Below are positions 62,862-64,000 of a stretch of DNA of 64,000 bases, piece after piece. The notes below the pieces were generated by a model. That model searched no databases. It was not told the origin of the DNA and saw only the letters and a list, made by a program, of their open reading frames with translations. Source of the DNA: Chiloscyllium plagiosum (taxonomy: Eukaryota). The position numbers and the translations under genes are program-made. The first letter of the stretch is position 1; each line of letters starts with the position of its first letter. The DNA is taken from NCBI RefSeq assembly GCF_004010195.1, contig NC_057716.1, positions 11,094,235-11,158,234 of the forward strand, given 5' to 3'.

Positions 62862-64000
62862 AGACCATAAGACATAGGAGTGGAAGTAAGGCCATTCGGC
62901 CCATCGAGTCCACTCTGCCATTTAATCATGGCTGATGGGCATTTCAACTCCACTTACCCACATTCTGCCCGTAGCCCTTAATTCCTTGTGACATCAAGAA
63001 TTTATCAATCTCTGCCTTGAAGACATTTAGCGTCCCGGCCTCACTGCACTCCACGGCAATGAATTCTACAGGCCCACCACTCTCTGTCTGAAGAAATGTC
63101 TCTGCATTTCTGTTCTGAATTGACCTCCTCTAATTCTAAGGCTGTGCCCACAGGTCCTAGTCTCCATACCTAACGGAAACAATTTCTTAGTGTCCACCCT
63201 TTCCAAGCCATGTATTATCTTGTAAGTTTCTATTAGATCTCCCCTTAACCTTCTAAACTCCAATGAGTACAATCCCAGGACCCTCAGCCGTTCCTCGTAT
63301 GTTAGACCTACCATTCCAGGGATCATCCGTGTGAATCTCCGCTGGACACGCTCCAGTGCCAGTATGTCCCTCCTGAGGTGTGGGGCCCAAAACTAGACAC
63401 AGCACTCGAAATGGGGCCTACCCAGAGCTTTATAAAGTCTCAGTAGCGCATCGCTGCTTTTATATTCCAACCCTCTTGAGATAAATGACAACATTGCATT
63501 CGCTTTCTTAATCACGGATTCAACCTGCATGTTTACCTTTAGAGAATCCTCAACTAGCACTCCCAGATCTCTTTGTACTTTATGAATTTTCTCACCGTTT
63601 AGAAAGTAGTCCATGCTTGTATTCTTTTTTCCAAAGTGCAAGACCTCGCATTTGCTCACACTGAACTTCATTAGCCATTTCCTGGACCACTCTCCCAAAC
63701 TGTCTAGATCCTTCTGCAGCCTCCCCACTCCTCAGTACTACCTGCCTGTCCACCTATCTTCGTATCATCGGCAAACTTCGCTAGAATGCCCCCAGTCCCT
63801 TCATCCAGATCATTAATATATAATGTGAACAGCTGTGGCCCCAACACTGAACCCTGTGGGACACCGCGTGTCACCAGCTGCCATTCTGAAAATTAACCTT
63901 CTGTCAGACAGCCAATCCTCAGTCCATGCCAGTAGCTCACCTCAAACACCATGGGCCCTCACCTTACTCAGCAGCATCCCGTGTGGCACCTTATCAAAGG
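62862..64000 (-). mobile_element. CR1 LINE RT-3' portion (runs off the window)
   Basis: ORFs 63393..63728 and 63066..63326 ([22 protein letters not shown]); KFADD and PQGSVLG near 63770-63860. Confidence 0.92.

Overview
Eukaryotic, repeat-rich vertebrate DNA, almost certainly from a shark. It carries HE1-type SINEs, HER1/CR1 LINEs and a shark 'gamma-S1'-type crystallin; a carpet or bamboo shark is my inference. Two spliced minus-strand genes can be rebuilt by hand. One is a complete 3-exon gamma-crystallin (5396->3175, 175 aa, with TATA box, Maf/SOX-like promoter elements and polyA signal). The other is a 7-coding-exon C2orf80 orthologue (35655->14578, about 227 aa) that appears to use a GC-AG intron. 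This order matches human CRYGA-C2orf80, but no IDH1 exon is visible upstream. A CpG-island promoter (about 51.65-52.08 kb) starts an unidentified gene, probably on the + strand. The rest is mostly transposon debris: CR1 LINEs, tRNA-SINEs, a young Tx1 3' end, a Gypsy relic, Harbinger relics and many Penelope-like (PLE) fragments. The most striking non-genic signal is several families of short PLE-terminus elements with minimal hammerhead-ribozyme-like cores (CTGAnGA-N-stem-GAAA-CG/GC-TH). Several occur as TSD-flanked fold-back dimers, and some have insertions landing in the ribozyme motif itself. An 818-nt assembly gap lies at 46283-47100. All family assignments come from recalled knowledge; no searches were run.
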